Source: a bacterium (lineage in GTDB: Bacteria; Patescibacteriota; Patescibacteriia; Patescibacteriales; UBA12465). From it: a DNA stretch of 64,000 bases. The stretch is taken from the NCBI GenBank assembly GCA_035400585.1, contig DAOMZR010000002.1, positions 15,364-79,363 on the forward strand. The letters are read 5' to 3'. The notes beneath the pieces are model-generated. The model saw nothing but the letters and a program-made list of their open reading frames with translations. It made no database searches and was not told the origin of the DNA. Both the position numbers and the translations under genes were made by a program. This document shows, piece by piece, positions 44,326 through 54,865 of the stretch. Numbering within the stretch: position 1 is the stretch's first letter; each line of letters starts with the position of its first letter.

Positions 44326-47253
44326 TTAAACAATAAATATAACAATTTTTTCTGAGTCAATTTCAATTTCTTTTTCAGCTAAAAATTGCTCCGGTTTAAG
44401 AGATAAGGATACGTCAGAGCTTAAAGTTTCCTTCTTAATACTATCTGCAAAAGTATTGATAACGTTTTTAACAAAAATTGAATCAGAGACAACAACAACT
44501 TTAGCCAAATCTCCAACCGACAGATTTAAATCTTTTCTCATTAAATTAATAAATCTAATCAATTCCCTCTTAGCCCCCTCTAGCTTTAAGTCCTCGGTAA
44601 TTTCTGTGTCTAGAACAATACTTAAATTTGAATCATCGTTATCATAAATAACAACATTTTTAACATTTAATTCATCAGCTATTAACTCTATATAATCATT
44701 TTTATCTTTGATCTTAATATCTTTGCCTCTGATTTCTGCTTTATTTAATATTTGTCTAACTTTGATGCTGGCTTTATCTCTTTCGGCCAATCCTATTTCC
44801 ACTGATTTTCTAACTTCGTTCATCAAAATTATGATTTCCTCTCCTTTTTCTACGCTTTCTACCTCCGGCCAAGATTCTAAATGAACGCTTTTATTTTTAT
44901 CTGAAAAATTAAAACCACTAATCTTCTGCCACAAATCTTCAGCTATAAATGGCGTAAAAGGAGCCATTACTTTTGCTAAATTAGAAAAAACAAATCTCAT
45001 GGTTGCTAAAGCAAAAATTTTATCTTGTTCATTGTCCCCTTTCAATCTATCGCGACTTCTTCTCAAATACCAAGTTGAAAATTCATCAATAAAAGCGGTT
45101 ATCGGTCTCATTGCCTTGGTTAAATTGTAAGATGTCATGGCATCTTTAACTTCATTAATTAAAATATTTAATTTAGTCAAAATCCATAGATCCAAAACAT
45201 TTTTACTAGACTTATAAGATGCAAAATTTTCCTCTTTCAAATCAGATGAATAAGTTTGATAAAAATTATAAATATTATTTATAAGCATTACATTTTTTCT
45301 TAAAGCCTCCTGAACCCCTCTCTCAGAAAAATTGAAATTTTCAGCAGCTACAACTGGTGATGACAAAAGATAAGCCCTTAAAGAATCGGCTCCGTATTTA
45401 TCAATAATCATCATTGGATCTGGATAATTTTTTAATTTTTTAGACATTTTTTTACCATCTTCAGCCAAAACCATTCCATTGACAACTACATTTTTGAAAG
45501 CATTTACCCCGAAAAGACCAACAGCAATAACGTGTAAATAATAAAACCAAGCCCTGGTTTGATCAATCCCCTCAGCGATAAATTCAGCTGGAAAATTGTT
45601 TTCAAATTTTTCCTTATTTTCGAAAGGATAATGAAGTTGGGCATAAGGCATAGATCCACTTTCAAACCAACAATCTAAAACATCAGGTATTCTCTTCATT
45701 TGACCAGAACAACTTGGACAAGCAAATTCAATGCTATCAACAATATCTTTGTGAATATCAGTTATTTTTTGGCCACTCAATTCTTCTAGTTCGGCAACTG
45801 AGCCAACAACTTTTCTTTCACCACAAGCACATTCCCAAATTGGAATAGCGCTAGCCCAAAATCTTTGACGAGATATTGACCAATCACGAGCACCTTCCAG
45901 CCAATTTCCAAAACGCCCTTCCTTTAAATAATCAGGGGACCAATTAATTTTTTTAGCCTCTTCTAATAATTGATTTTTTATTTTAGTAACATTAACAAAC
46001 CAAGATGATGTAGCATAATTTATTAAAGGTGTATCACAACGCCAACAATGAGGATAGCTGTGCTCATATTTTTCTTTGAAAAATAATAAATTTTTTCCAG
46101 CCAAATACTTTATTATTTCGATATCGGTAGACATATGGTCTCCATGAGGCTTAACATTTAGACCTCTAAAATCTTTAACTTCTTCTTTAAAGAAACCGTC
46201 CATTTTTACGTGTTGAATAAATGGTAAATTATTTTCCTTGCCCAAATTCATATCATCTTGGCCAAAAGCTGGGGCAATATGAACAACGCCAGTTCCATCT
46301 TCGGTTGTCACAAAATTGCCAGCATATATTTTCCAAGCATTTTCCCTATTTTCTAATTTTTCATCATTTAAATAATAATCGAAAAGTGGTTGATATTTTT
46401 TACCAACTAAATCAGCCCCTTTGTATTCTTTGATTATTTCAAAATTTTTATCTTTTAAAACTTCTTCTAATCTTTCTTTGGCTAAAACACAATATTCATA
46501 ATAACCGTCCTCTTTAGGATAGGAAACTTTTACATAATCAATTTCACTACCAACGGCCAAAGCAACGTTTCCAATCAAGGTCCAAGGTGTTGTTGTCCAG
46601 GCCAAAACAAAAGTATTTTCTTCACCTTCTAACTTAAACTTAGCGATACAGGAAAGATCTTTAATATCTTGATAGCCTTCCGTAACCTCAGATTGTGACA
46701 AAGTTGTTTCGCAACGAGGACAAACATGCATTGATCTGTAATCTTTATAAATCAATCCTTTATCCCACAAAGTTTTAAAAACCCACCAAACCGATTCCAT
46801 AAAATCAATATCCATTGTACGATAAGGATTTTCTTTATCTATGAAACGACCCAATTTATCTGAAACTTTATACCATTCCTCAGCATAATCCAAAACTTTT
46901 GATCTGCAACTTAAATTAAATTTATCAACACCAAAATCTTCAATTTCTTTCTTGGTTTTAGTTCCCATTTCCTTTTCAACTATATTTTCAATTGGAAGAC
47001 CGTGACAATCCCAACCCCATTTTCTCTCTACCCTATATCCATTCATGGTAAAAAAACGAGGGACAACATCCTTCATTATTTTTCCAACTATATGACCATA
47101 GTGAGGTGTACCAGTGGCAAACGGTGGTCCATCATAAAAAACATAATCGCCTCTTGGTGATTCTTTGGAAATTGTTTTTTCAAATATTTTATTTTCTTGC
47201 CAAAAAGACAGAACTTTGTCTTCCATTTTTTGTTTATTATTATCTTCAGTCAT
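44326..47253 (-). CDS. ileS: Isoleucyl-tRNA synthetase (archaeal/eukaryote-like type 2 architecture)
   Basis: FYDGPPFATGTPHYGHIV (HIGH), WDCHGLP, editing domain, KMSKKLKNYPDP (KMSKS); 975 aa. Confidence 0.95.
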   Translation of the reverse strand: MTEDNNKQKMEDKVLSFWQENKIFEKTISKESPRGDYVFYDGPPFATGTPHYGHIVGKIMKDVVPRFFTMNGYRVERKWGWDCHGLPIENIVEKEMGTKTKKEIEDFGVDKFNLSCRSKVLDYAEEWYKVSDKLGRFIDKENPYRTMDIDFMESVWWVFKTLWDKGLIYKDYRSMHVCPRCETTLSQSEVTEGYQDIKDLSCIAKFKLEGEENTFVLAWTTTPWTLIGNVALAVGSEIDYVKVSYPKEDGYYEYCVLAKERLEEVLKDKNFEIIKEYKGADLVGKKYQPLFDYYLNDEKLENRENAWKIYAGNFVTTEDGTGVVHIAPAFGQDDMNLGKENNLPFIQHVKMDGFFKEEVKDFRGLNVKPHGDHMSTDIEIIKYLAGKNLLFFKEKYEHSYPHCWRCDTPLINYATSSWFVNVTKIKNQLLEEAKKINWSPDYLKEGRFGNWLEGARDWSISRQRFWASAIPIWECACGERKVVGSVAELEELSGQKITDIHKDIVDSIEFACPSCSGQMKRIPDVLDCWFESGSMPYAQLHYPFENKEKFENNFPAEFIAEGIDQTRAWFYYLHVIAVGLFGVNAFKNVVVNGMVLAEDGKKMSKKLKNYPDPMMIIDKYGADSLRAYLLSSPVVAAENFNFSERGVQEALRKNVMLINNIYNFYQTYSSDLKEENFASYKSSKNVLDLWILTKLNILINEVKDAMTSYNLTKAMRPITAFIDEFSTWYLRRSRDRLKGDNEQDKIFALATMRFVFSNLAKVMAPFTPFIAEDLWQKISGFNFSDKNKSVHLESWPEVESVEKGEEIIILMNEVRKSVEIGLAERDKASIKVRQILNKAEIRGKDIKIKDKNDYIELIADELNVKNVVIYDNDDSNLSIVLDTEITEDLKLEGAKRELIRFINLMRKDLNLSVGDLAKVVVVSDSIFVKNVINTFADSIKKETLSSDVSLSLKPEQFLAEKEIEIDSEKIVIFIV

Positions 47254-47272
47254 AAAATTTATTTAATTTAAA

Positions 47273-48493
47273 TTAATCTTTAGTTATGCGTACTTGTTTA
47301 ATTACTTTGTTTTCAACTTTTTCAACCACACAAGTGAAATTATTTTTTTCAATTGTAATTCCTTCAGTTGGAATTTTTTTTATATTTTCCAAAACGAAAT
47401 CAGCCACTGTTTCTAAATCATCCTCAGACAATGTAATATTTAAAAAACGGTTAATATCACGACATTCAACAGCGCCAGAAACCACTATTTCATTTTTACC
47501 TATTCTTTTTATAAAATTATCATCAATATCATGCTCATCAACTATTTCACCCACTAATTCTTCAATAATATCCTCTAAAGTTATAATTCCCTCTGTTCCC
47601 CCATACTCATCCATGACAACAGCAATATGTATTTTTCTTTTTTGAAATTCTTTTAAAACATTATTAATTAACATTTGCTTCGGCACAAAAATTATTGGTC
47701 TAACAAGTGATTGTGCTGATTCTTTTTCTTTTCCTTGTCTAAAAGACAACAAAACATCTTGAGCGTGAACAAAGCCTAAAACATTATCAATGGTTTCGCC
47801 AATTATCAAACAACGAGTTATACCGTATTTTTCAATTTCAATTGCAATTTCTTCAACTGAACTTTGTTTAGGAGCATAAACAACCTCAACCCTAGGAGTC
47901 ATAATATCTTCGGCTGAAATATCGTTAAATTTAAAAAGTTTTTCAATCATCGCTCCTTCGTTTTTTTCAATTGTTCCTTGTTGAACGCCAGTCATAGCCA
48001 AGGCCCTTAGTTCGTCTTCGCTAACTTTTTCGGATTGATGACTGCCGACCAATAAATTGGTTATTTTTTCCATTATCCAAATAATCGGTAAAAATATTTT
48101 TTTAAAAAAACAAATAAACGGGGCAAAGTAACGTGATAATAAAACAGCGTGTGAAACTGCAAATGATTTTGGGGTTATTTCACCAAATATCAAAATTATT
48201 ATGGTCATAATACTAGTAGTTAATCCAATAACAGCTGAATCAAAATATCTGGCAAAAATAATTGTAGCTAGAGAGGCTGCCGCTATATTAACAATATTGT
48301 TTCCAATAAGCACTGTGATTAGAAGTGTTCTGGGATTTTCTTTTAATTTTTTAACCAGTAAAGCATTTTTTTTCTTAGCTTCAACCATGGCTGCAATTTT
48401 AGCTTCATTCAAGCTTAAAAAAACAACCTCAGCCGAAGAAAAAAAGGCTGATAGAGCAACCAGAATAAACAAAAACAGAAAGTCAGGGTCCAT
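47273..48493 (-). CDS. CNNM/hemolysin-family transporter (DUF21 + CBS pair + CorC_HlyC)
   Basis: Four N-terminal TM segments, GEITPKSFA, CBS-pair region, C-terminal transporter-associated domain. Confidence 0.85.
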   Translation of the reverse strand: MDPDFLFLFILVALSAFFSSAEVVFLSLNEAKIAAMVEAKKKNALLVKKLKENPRTLLITVLIGNNIVNIAAASLATIIFARYFDSAVIGLTTSIMTIIILIFGEITPKSFAVSHAVLLSRYFAPFICFFKKIFLPIIWIMEKITNLLVGSHQSEKVSEDELRALAMTGVQQGTIEKNEGAMIEKLFKFNDISAEDIMTPRVEVVYAPKQSSVEEIAIEIEKYGITRCLIIGETIDNVLGFVHAQDVLLSFRQGKEKESAQSLVRPIIFVPKQMLINNVLKEFQKRKIHIAVVMDEYGGTEGIITLEDIIEELVGEIVDEHDIDDNFIKRIGKNEIVVSGAVECRDINRFLNITLSEDDLETVADFVLENIKKIPTEGITIEKNNFTCVVEKVENKVIKQVRITKD

Positions 48494-48543
48494 AATAATA
48501 AAATTTAAAACAGTGTTTTCAAAACGAAAAACACAGTAGATAA

Positions 48544-49722
48544 TTATAAATTCAATTTCTTAAAATTAGCACTTTTTAAGCCGTTTGGCAAGTAAGCCTG
48601 TCCGCTATCATCTTCTTCTGGAGTATATTTATAATCCTTGCCGTAACCGATATCTTTCATTAATTTTGTGGGCGCATTTCTCAAATGTGTTGGCACAGGA
48701 AGAGACCCGCTTTGATTTATTTCTTCGATGGTTAAATTGTAAGCCTTATAAACAGCAATACTCTTTTTAGATTTAGCTAAATAAATAACTGCCTGAGCTA
48801 AGGCTAAACTACATTCCGGTAATCCTATTTTGGCGCAAGCCTCAAAAGCTTGATTGGCAATCATTAAAGCACTATTATTAGCCAGTCCGATATCTTCACT
48901 GGCAAATCTAATAAGCCTCCTGGCAATATACAAAGGATCCTCGCCCGATTCAATCATTCTTGTCAGCCAATAAAGAGAAGCTTTGGCATCGTTTCCTCTA
49001 ATTGACTTATGCAAAGCAGAAATTAAATTATAATGCTCTTCGCCGTTTTTATCATAAAAAAGTTGCGGTTTATTAGCTAATTTTTTTATTAAATCTAAGT
49101 CTGATTTTTCTCCAGATTTAAAAACAGCTTCAACAATATTTAAGGCTCGACGAGCATCACCAGCACTTAAATTAGCTATTAACCTCTTTTCTCTAACTCC
49201 CATCTCTAATTTAAGCTCCTTGGTGGCTCTATTTATAATTTTTAATAAATCTTCTTCTTCTAGATTCTCTAAAATTAAAACTTTTAACCTGGAAAGTAAG
49301 GCTGAATTAACTGAAAAACTAGGATTTTCGGTTGTAGCCCCAATAAGAATGAGTAAACCATTTTCAATATGAGGAAGCAGGGCGTCTTGCTGAGCTTTAT
49401 TCCAACGATGAATTTCATCTATAAAAAGTATGGTTTTCTTTTTAAATCTTCGGTTTTCTTCGGCTCGATTAATTATTTCTTTTAAGTCTTTGATGCCACT
49501 GCTAACGGCTGAAAGTGAGATAAACTCGGTTTTAGTTTCTTTAGAGATAATATAGGCTAAAGTTGTTTTGCCCACCCCCGGAGGTCCCCAGAAAATCAAA
49601 GAAGTCAGTTGATCTTTTTCAATCACTGACTTCAACCAAGTTTTTGGTCCGACTATTTTTTCTTGACCGAAGAAATCACTTAGTTTTTGGGGGCGAAGAA
49701 TGTAAGCTAAAGGAGTGTCCAT
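48544..49722 (-). CDS. rarA: Replication-associated recombination protein A (AAA+ ATPase)
   Basis: [69 protein letters not shown]. Confidence 0.95.
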   Translation of the reverse strand: MDTPLAYILRPQKLSDFFGQEKIVGPKTWLKSVIEKDQLTSLIFWGPPGVGKTTLAYIISKETKTEFISLSAVSSGIKDLKEIINRAEENRRFKKKTILFIDEIHRWNKAQQDALLPHIENGLLILIGATTENPSFSVNSALLSRLKVLILENLEEEDLLKIINRATKELKLEMGVREKRLIANLSAGDARRALNIVEAVFKSGEKSDLDLIKKLANKPQLFYDKNGEEHYNLISALHKSIRGNDAKASLYWLTRMIESGEDPLYIARRLIRFASEDIGLANNSALMIANQAFEACAKIGLPECSLALAQAVIYLAKSKKSIAVYKAYNLTIEEINQSGSLPVPTHLRNAPTKLMKDIGYGKDYKYTPEEDDSGQAYLPNGLKSANFKKLNL

Positions 49723-49770
49723 ATAATATAATTATACAATAATTATATTATAAAAGAGGAAGAAAAACAA

Positions 49771-52308
49771 TTAATTAACAGTAATTTTTTTATCTTGATT
49801 TTTATAATAAACAAGTTTAACTAATTCGGAACAAAGCAAATATAGAACAGTAACTACAAAAATGATAATTAAATGATAAATGCTTGGTTTAGCAAATTTA
49901 AACAAGGCCCGACCAATCTCTGTAAATGGCAGCATTATTGTTATTATAATTGCCAAACCGCTTAAAATTAATATTAGATTAGACGGCCTTTTAGCTTTAA
50001 ATAATGGTTTTTTAGTTCTAATTGAAAATAAAAATACTAATTCAGTTAAAATGCTAGCGATAAACCAATTTGTTTGTAAAACCTCTGGAGAAATTGAGTA
50101 AAACATAGCAAAGAACATAAAGTCAAAAACAGAACTAACTATGCCCAAAATCATAGCAATAATTATTATGTCTTTAACCTGATATTTTTTAGGAGATAAT
50201 AATTCTTCGGGGTCAACATTGTCAGTGGCCACAGCTATCATCGGAAAATCTGATAAGAGATTTAACAAAAGAATTTGGAGTGGTAGCATTGGTAAAAAAT
50301 CTATTAAAAACGAAGCGATAGCAACGGCATAAAAATTTCCAAAATTAGAAGCTAAGGTTGCTTTAATATATTTGGTGCTATTAGCAAAAATTCTTCTTCC
50401 TTCCTCAATTCCACCAACAATGACATTTAAATCACTTTCCAACAAAACAATGTCAGCTGTTTCTCTGGCAATATCAGAAGCATTAGAAACAACGATTGAA
50501 ACTCCGGCGGCCTTTAAGGCCGGGGCATCATTTATGCCGTCACCCAAATAACCAACGCTATATTTATTCTGTAAATCTTTAATGATATTAAATTTTTGTT
50601 CGGGTAAAACTCTGGCAAAAACTTTATTTTTTAATAAAACTTCATTTTTTTCTTCTTTTGACAATTTATCCAAATCAGAAGCTAAAACAACTTCGCTTGG
50701 ATCAGAAATTAAACCAATTTGATAAGCCACCGAACCAGCAACCTCTAAGCTATCTCCGGTAATAATTTTTAAATCAACGCCTAATCGCTTGGCATCTGAA
50801 ACTGCTTCTTTAACACTTTCTTTTATTGGATCGGCAAAAGAAATTAATCCTAAAAACTCTAAATCTTTTTCTTCTTCCGTTAAATTATTTTTTAAAACAT
50901 CTAAATCAATTTCTTTTATTATTTTTTTAGAAACAGCTAAAATTCTTCTACCTAAAAATCCTTGGGACTTTATCCATTCTCTCATGTCCTTGATTTTGTT
51001 TTCATCCAAATTATGGCATAAACCAAAAATAGTTTCGGCCGCTCCCCTAACCACCAACTCCAAATTCTTTTTGTTTTTTATTAAAGAATTGTTCCTTTGT
51101 CTTTCTGGATTAAAGGGAGTGTCTAATATAAACTCAAAATCGGACATTTTTCTTTTATCTTCGTCATCCATTTTATCGAGCAAGGCAATATCAAACGGTT
51201 CATTTTTTTCACTCAATCTTGAAGAAGCTAAATTGGCATAAAGAAGAGTAGTTTTAACAGGAAAAATAGAATCATAAAAATCTAGAACGGTTAATTTATT
51301 TTCAGTCAAAGTTCCGGTTTTATCTGAACATAAAATATCAATATTTCCTAAGTCCTCTACCGAAGAAAGTCTTTTAACGACAACTTTTTGTTTGGCAAGT
51401 CTCATAGCCCCTTTAGAAAATGAGAAGGTCATTACCAAGGGCAAGGCTTCTGGAATAACTGATATAGCCAGGGCTATTGAAAAAATTAATAACTCCCAAA
51501 AATTAGAACCATCTTTTAAGAAAGAATTGGCTACAAAAACAAAAACTAGAGTCACTAAAACCAACTTTAAAATGAAAGAACTAAACTTAGATATTCCTTT
51601 TTCAAAATCACTCACCTTTTTTACCTGGGAGGTAAGACGAGAAATGTTTCCTAAAAAAGTATCTTTACCGGTAAAAACAACCACAGCCGTTGCCTTACCT
51701 CTAGCAACGGTAGAGCCAGAAAAACATAAATTAAGAGCCGAAAAGCAATCTCTAACTTCTTCGGTTATTACTTCTCCGTGTTTAGAAATCAAGACTGATT
51801 CACCAGTTAAAACTGATTCATCCACAAAAAAATCGTAAGCATCTATAATTCTTAAATCAGCATTAACTTTATCTCCGGTTTCCAAAACAACAATATCACC
51901 AGGAACTAAATCCTGACTATCAATTAAAATTTTGGAACCATTCCTAATAACTTTGCTTTTTAAGCTGATAAAATTTTTTAAAAGCTTAATTGTGTTTTCT
52001 GATTTATATTCCTGAAAAAATCCCAGAAAAGTATTTATAAAAATAAATAACAAGATCATCAAACCCTCAATATTTTGTTTTAGAAAAAAAGACAAAATAG
52101 AAGCAATAAGCAGAAGATAAACGAAGGAAGACTTAAATTGAGATATAAATATTTTCCAAATATTAAATTTACTTTCGGAGAGATTATTTGATCCATAAAA
52201 TTCCAAACGAGAAAAAACATCTTTATCACTTAGACCTTTTTCCTGATCGGTTTTTAGCTCATTTAAAACATCTGTTATGTCTCTTTTTGATTGTTGCAGG
52301 ATATCCAT
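49771..52308 (-). CDS. Cation-translocating P-type ATPase (Ca2+/Mg2+-type)
   Basis: TGES, CSDKTGTLTENK, ITGD, GDGINDAPALKAAGV, ten predicted TM segments. Confidence 0.9.
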   Translation of the reverse strand: MDILQQSKRDITDVLNELKTDQEKGLSDKDVFSRLEFYGSNNLSESKFNIWKIFISQFKSSFVYLLLIASILSFFLKQNIEGLMILLFIFINTFLGFFQEYKSENTIKLLKNFISLKSKVIRNGSKILIDSQDLVPGDIVVLETGDKVNADLRIIDAYDFFVDESVLTGESVLISKHGEVITEEVRDCFSALNLCFSGSTVARGKATAVVVFTGKDTFLGNISRLTSQVKKVSDFEKGISKFSSFILKLVLVTLVFVFVANSFLKDGSNFWELLIFSIALAISVIPEALPLVMTFSFSKGAMRLAKQKVVVKRLSSVEDLGNIDILCSDKTGTLTENKLTVLDFYDSIFPVKTTLLYANLASSRLSEKNEPFDIALLDKMDDEDKRKMSDFEFILDTPFNPERQRNNSLIKNKKNLELVVRGAAETIFGLCHNLDENKIKDMREWIKSQGFLGRRILAVSKKIIKEIDLDVLKNNLTEEEKDLEFLGLISFADPIKESVKEAVSDAKRLGVDLKIITGDSLEVAGSVAYQIGLISDPSEVVLASDLDKLSKEEKNEVLLKNKVFARVLPEQKFNIIKDLQNKYSVGYLGDGINDAPALKAAGVSIVVSNASDIARETADIVLLESDLNVIVGGIEEGRRIFANSTKYIKATLASNFGNFYAVAIASFLIDFLPMLPLQILLLNLLSDFPMIAVATDNVDPEELLSPKKYQVKDIIIIAMILGIVSSVFDFMFFAMFYSISPEVLQTNWFIASILTELVFLFSIRTKKPLFKAKRPSNLILILSGLAIIITIMLPFTEIGRALFKFAKPSIYHLIIIFVVTVLYLLCSELVKLVYYKNQDKKITVN

Positions 52309-52351
52309 AAATACAGTTTTTTTAATTTAACAAGAAAAAATCTTTTATCTA

Positions 52352-54781
52352 TTAATTTTTTATACAACGTACAGAATTGCCCTGATCATAGGGAGCACTA
52401 AAACGTTCGGAGCCACTATTCCAATAAGTAATTCTACGGCCCCAAAGACTATTCGAATATATTTCAGTAGAAGACCAAGCACGGAAATAATCATTCAAAT
52501 CAGCAACTCTTTCTCCCTCATAATAAGAATTCCAAAAACCACCAGGAACAATATTTAGGCCACTTTCACCAAAAACAGAATTATTTCTCAAGACTCCATC
52601 AGTCCATATTTCATAATTGCCAGCCATAAAACTACCTTCGTTAGTCCCTCTTGCGCCATTAGTTGTTACGTCTTTGGGAAACTTAGTATCACAACTATCA
52701 TTACCCAAAATAGAGCAAATTGTCCTCTCCAAATCAGTAAAATCATCGTGAGAGGGAAGTCTCCATCCATCAGGACAGGCCGTTAAAGCAGCCACCCCAT
52801 TATATAGAACTCCATGATTTTGATAATTTAGAGAACTTTTAGCTTCTTCCGTATCAGTTCCGTTGTAATTATAAACAAAATATCTTGGCTCTGTATAACT
52901 AGAATTGCCCCCAGAAAGAGGACTTTCGCTTGAAGGATAAACAGTTGGAAGATATTTTAAATTTTCGGACATCCAAACTTGATCACCAATACCGGTCCAA
53001 GAATATTCTTCACCATCTCTTGAATCAATAAATGTCCCAGAAGTTGAACAATTATAATCATACAAAACAGGGTCACCACCAAAACAATTTGATGGATAAG
53101 AATTTATAACAGTTCTTGTTTTTTTCCCATAAAAACATTCGCTCCAATCAGAATAATCAAATGAAGTACAAATTGCTTGTTCGGGTATTAATCTTCTAAT
53201 AACTAGTGCATTAGAACTATTATTGTCAGGCGATTGTTCTTCCATAAACATTAAATAGATAGTATCATTATCAATCAACATTGATATATTAGAAAAAGTT
53301 TCGCTATGAGAAGCAATCGGTCCTACACTTTCCCAAGAAGTCCCATTAAATTTTTTTACCTCCACTAAACCTGGATTAACAGCTGGATTAGTAGCAGAAA
53401 CATTGCTACCATTTTTATAAGCAACATAGGGAACTTCATTATAAATATAAAGAGCTAATTGAGAAGCATGACCAACCGAAAAAACTCCATCGTTTGGACC
53501 AAGTGGCACCCAGGATGTTCCATTAAATTTTAAAGCAACGCCTCTTTCACCAACGCCTTCACTTGCAATATCTTTACCTCCCTGATAAACAACATACAAA
53601 TCACCATTATTACTTATTTGAAAATCAGCATGACCAGAGCTCTCAGTATGAAGTATTTCTATTGGCTCACCAACCCAGTTCCAACTAGTTCCATCAAATT
53701 TTTTAATCACCCACTTTGGAGCGCCAGAATCACAATCTCTTCTATACATAACATAAAGCTCTCCATTATGAATTCTAAGAATTGGTTTAGTTCCTTTTTG
53801 ACCATTAGAAACAGTTGGCCCAACCTGTTCCCAAGCTCCATTTACAAATTTAACGACATAAGTTTCTTCGGTTGAAGCTTCATCTTTATAAGCAACATAA
53901 GGTATATTATCGTACACGGTTAAAGACGGCTGACAAGCTATATCAAAAGAAGTATATTCGCCAATAGTTTCCCATGTATCATTTATAAATTTTTTTGTTA
54001 TAATCATGTCTGATCCATTTTTATCCTTGTAAGAAATATATGGCACGCCATTAAAAATTTGCATCGATGATTTACCATTAGAATTGTCAGGACCATCTAT
54101 TCTCTCCCCTAGTGGTGTTGCTGTCGATTCGTTAACTTTAGCCATTTTTAAATAATAACTCTCTGAGGCATCTCGATAAGAAGCATATAGTTCATTACTG
54201 TAAATACCTAAACTAGAGCTACACCCCCAATCAGATAAAACAGGACTTCCGTAGGTTTGCCAAACACATCCTGAAGAATCAGCCAAACAATTATTTTCAA
54301 TATTGCCTCCGTCATCGTCACCACCACCCTCAATTCCACAATCTTGATTTAATATTCCACCGGGAGTTAAACATTTTGGACCAGATTCTAAATTGTTAGA
54401 ATCTTTTCCCAAACAAAAAGACAAAAGATAAGTACGATTATTATTTTGAGGTTCATAAAAATATGAATTTTGTTCACCACTACAATCACCATCGGCCACC
54501 ATCGGAGCTTCTGGAATTTTTTCCATAAACACGTCAGAAACGCCAGCAATTTTGCCGGTATTCCACTCTTCTTCGGTTGGATAGCGATTATGTTCATTAA
54601 AAAAGATCTCTAGAGCGGTTTGTAATTGTTTCATGTCGGCCACTCTTTTAGAATCTCTAGCACTAACTCTGGCTTGTTGCAAAGCAACAACAGCTAAAGT
54701 TGCCAATAAACCAATTATAGCTATTACTACTAACAACTCTACCAAGGTAAAGCCTTTTTTCTTTTTTAATCTTTTAAACAT
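52352..54781 (-). CDS. Modular pilin: pilin-like module + 7 divergent propeller repeats + C-terminal Fibrobacter-type (FISUMP/Fib_succ_major-like) domain
   Basis: [10 protein letters not shown]|[28 protein letters not shown]. Head ends CLTPGGI, linker [10 protein letters not shown]. Repeats ..PYISYKD/PYVAYKD/LYVMYRR..KF.GTSW. Last 226 aa [44 protein letters not shown] fits the FISUMP pattern (from memory). Confidence 0.85.
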   Translation of the reverse strand: MFKRLKKKKGFTLVELLVVIAIIGLLATLAVVALQQARVSARDSKRVADMKQLQTALEIFFNEHNRYPTEEEWNTGKIAGVSDVFMEKIPEAPMVADGDCSGEQNSYFYEPQNNNRTYLLSFCLGKDSNNLESGPKCLTPGGILNQDCGIEGGGDDDGGNIENNCLADSSGCVWQTYGSPVLSDWGCSSSLGIYSNELYASYRDASESYYLKMAKVNESTATPLGERIDGPDNSNGKSSMQIFNGVPYISYKDKNGSDMIITKKFINDTWETIGEYTSFDIACQPSLTVYDNIPYVAYKDEASTEETYVVKFVNGAWEQVGPTVSNGQKGTKPILRIHNGELYVMYRRDCDSGAPKWVIKKFDGTSWNWVGEPIEILHTESSGHADFQISNNGDLYVVYQGGKDIASEGVGERGVALKFNGTSWVPLGPNDGVFSVGHASQLALYIYNEVPYVAYKNGSNVSATNPAVNPGLVEVKKFNGTSWESVGPIASHSETFSNISMLIDNDTIYLMFMEEQSPDNNSSNALVIRRLIPEQAICTSFDYSDWSECFYGKKTRTVINSYPSNCFGGDPVLYDYNCSTSGTFIDSRDGEEYSWTGIGDQVWMSENLKYLPTVYPSSESPLSGGNSSYTEPRYFVYNYNGTDTEEAKSSLNYQNHGVLYNGVAALTACPDGWRLPSHDDFTDLERTICSILGNDSCDTKFPKDVTTNGARGTNEGSFMAGNYEIWTDGVLRNNSVFGESGLNIVPGGFWNSYYEGERVADLNDYFRAWSSTEIYSNSLWGRRITYWNSGSERFSAPYDQGNSVRCIKN

Positions 54782-54865
54782 AATTTTATAGTTTTGAATT
54801 AATCGTTTATATTAAATATTATTTAAAAAAGCAAGCTTAACACAAAAAAACAACCAACAACGAAC

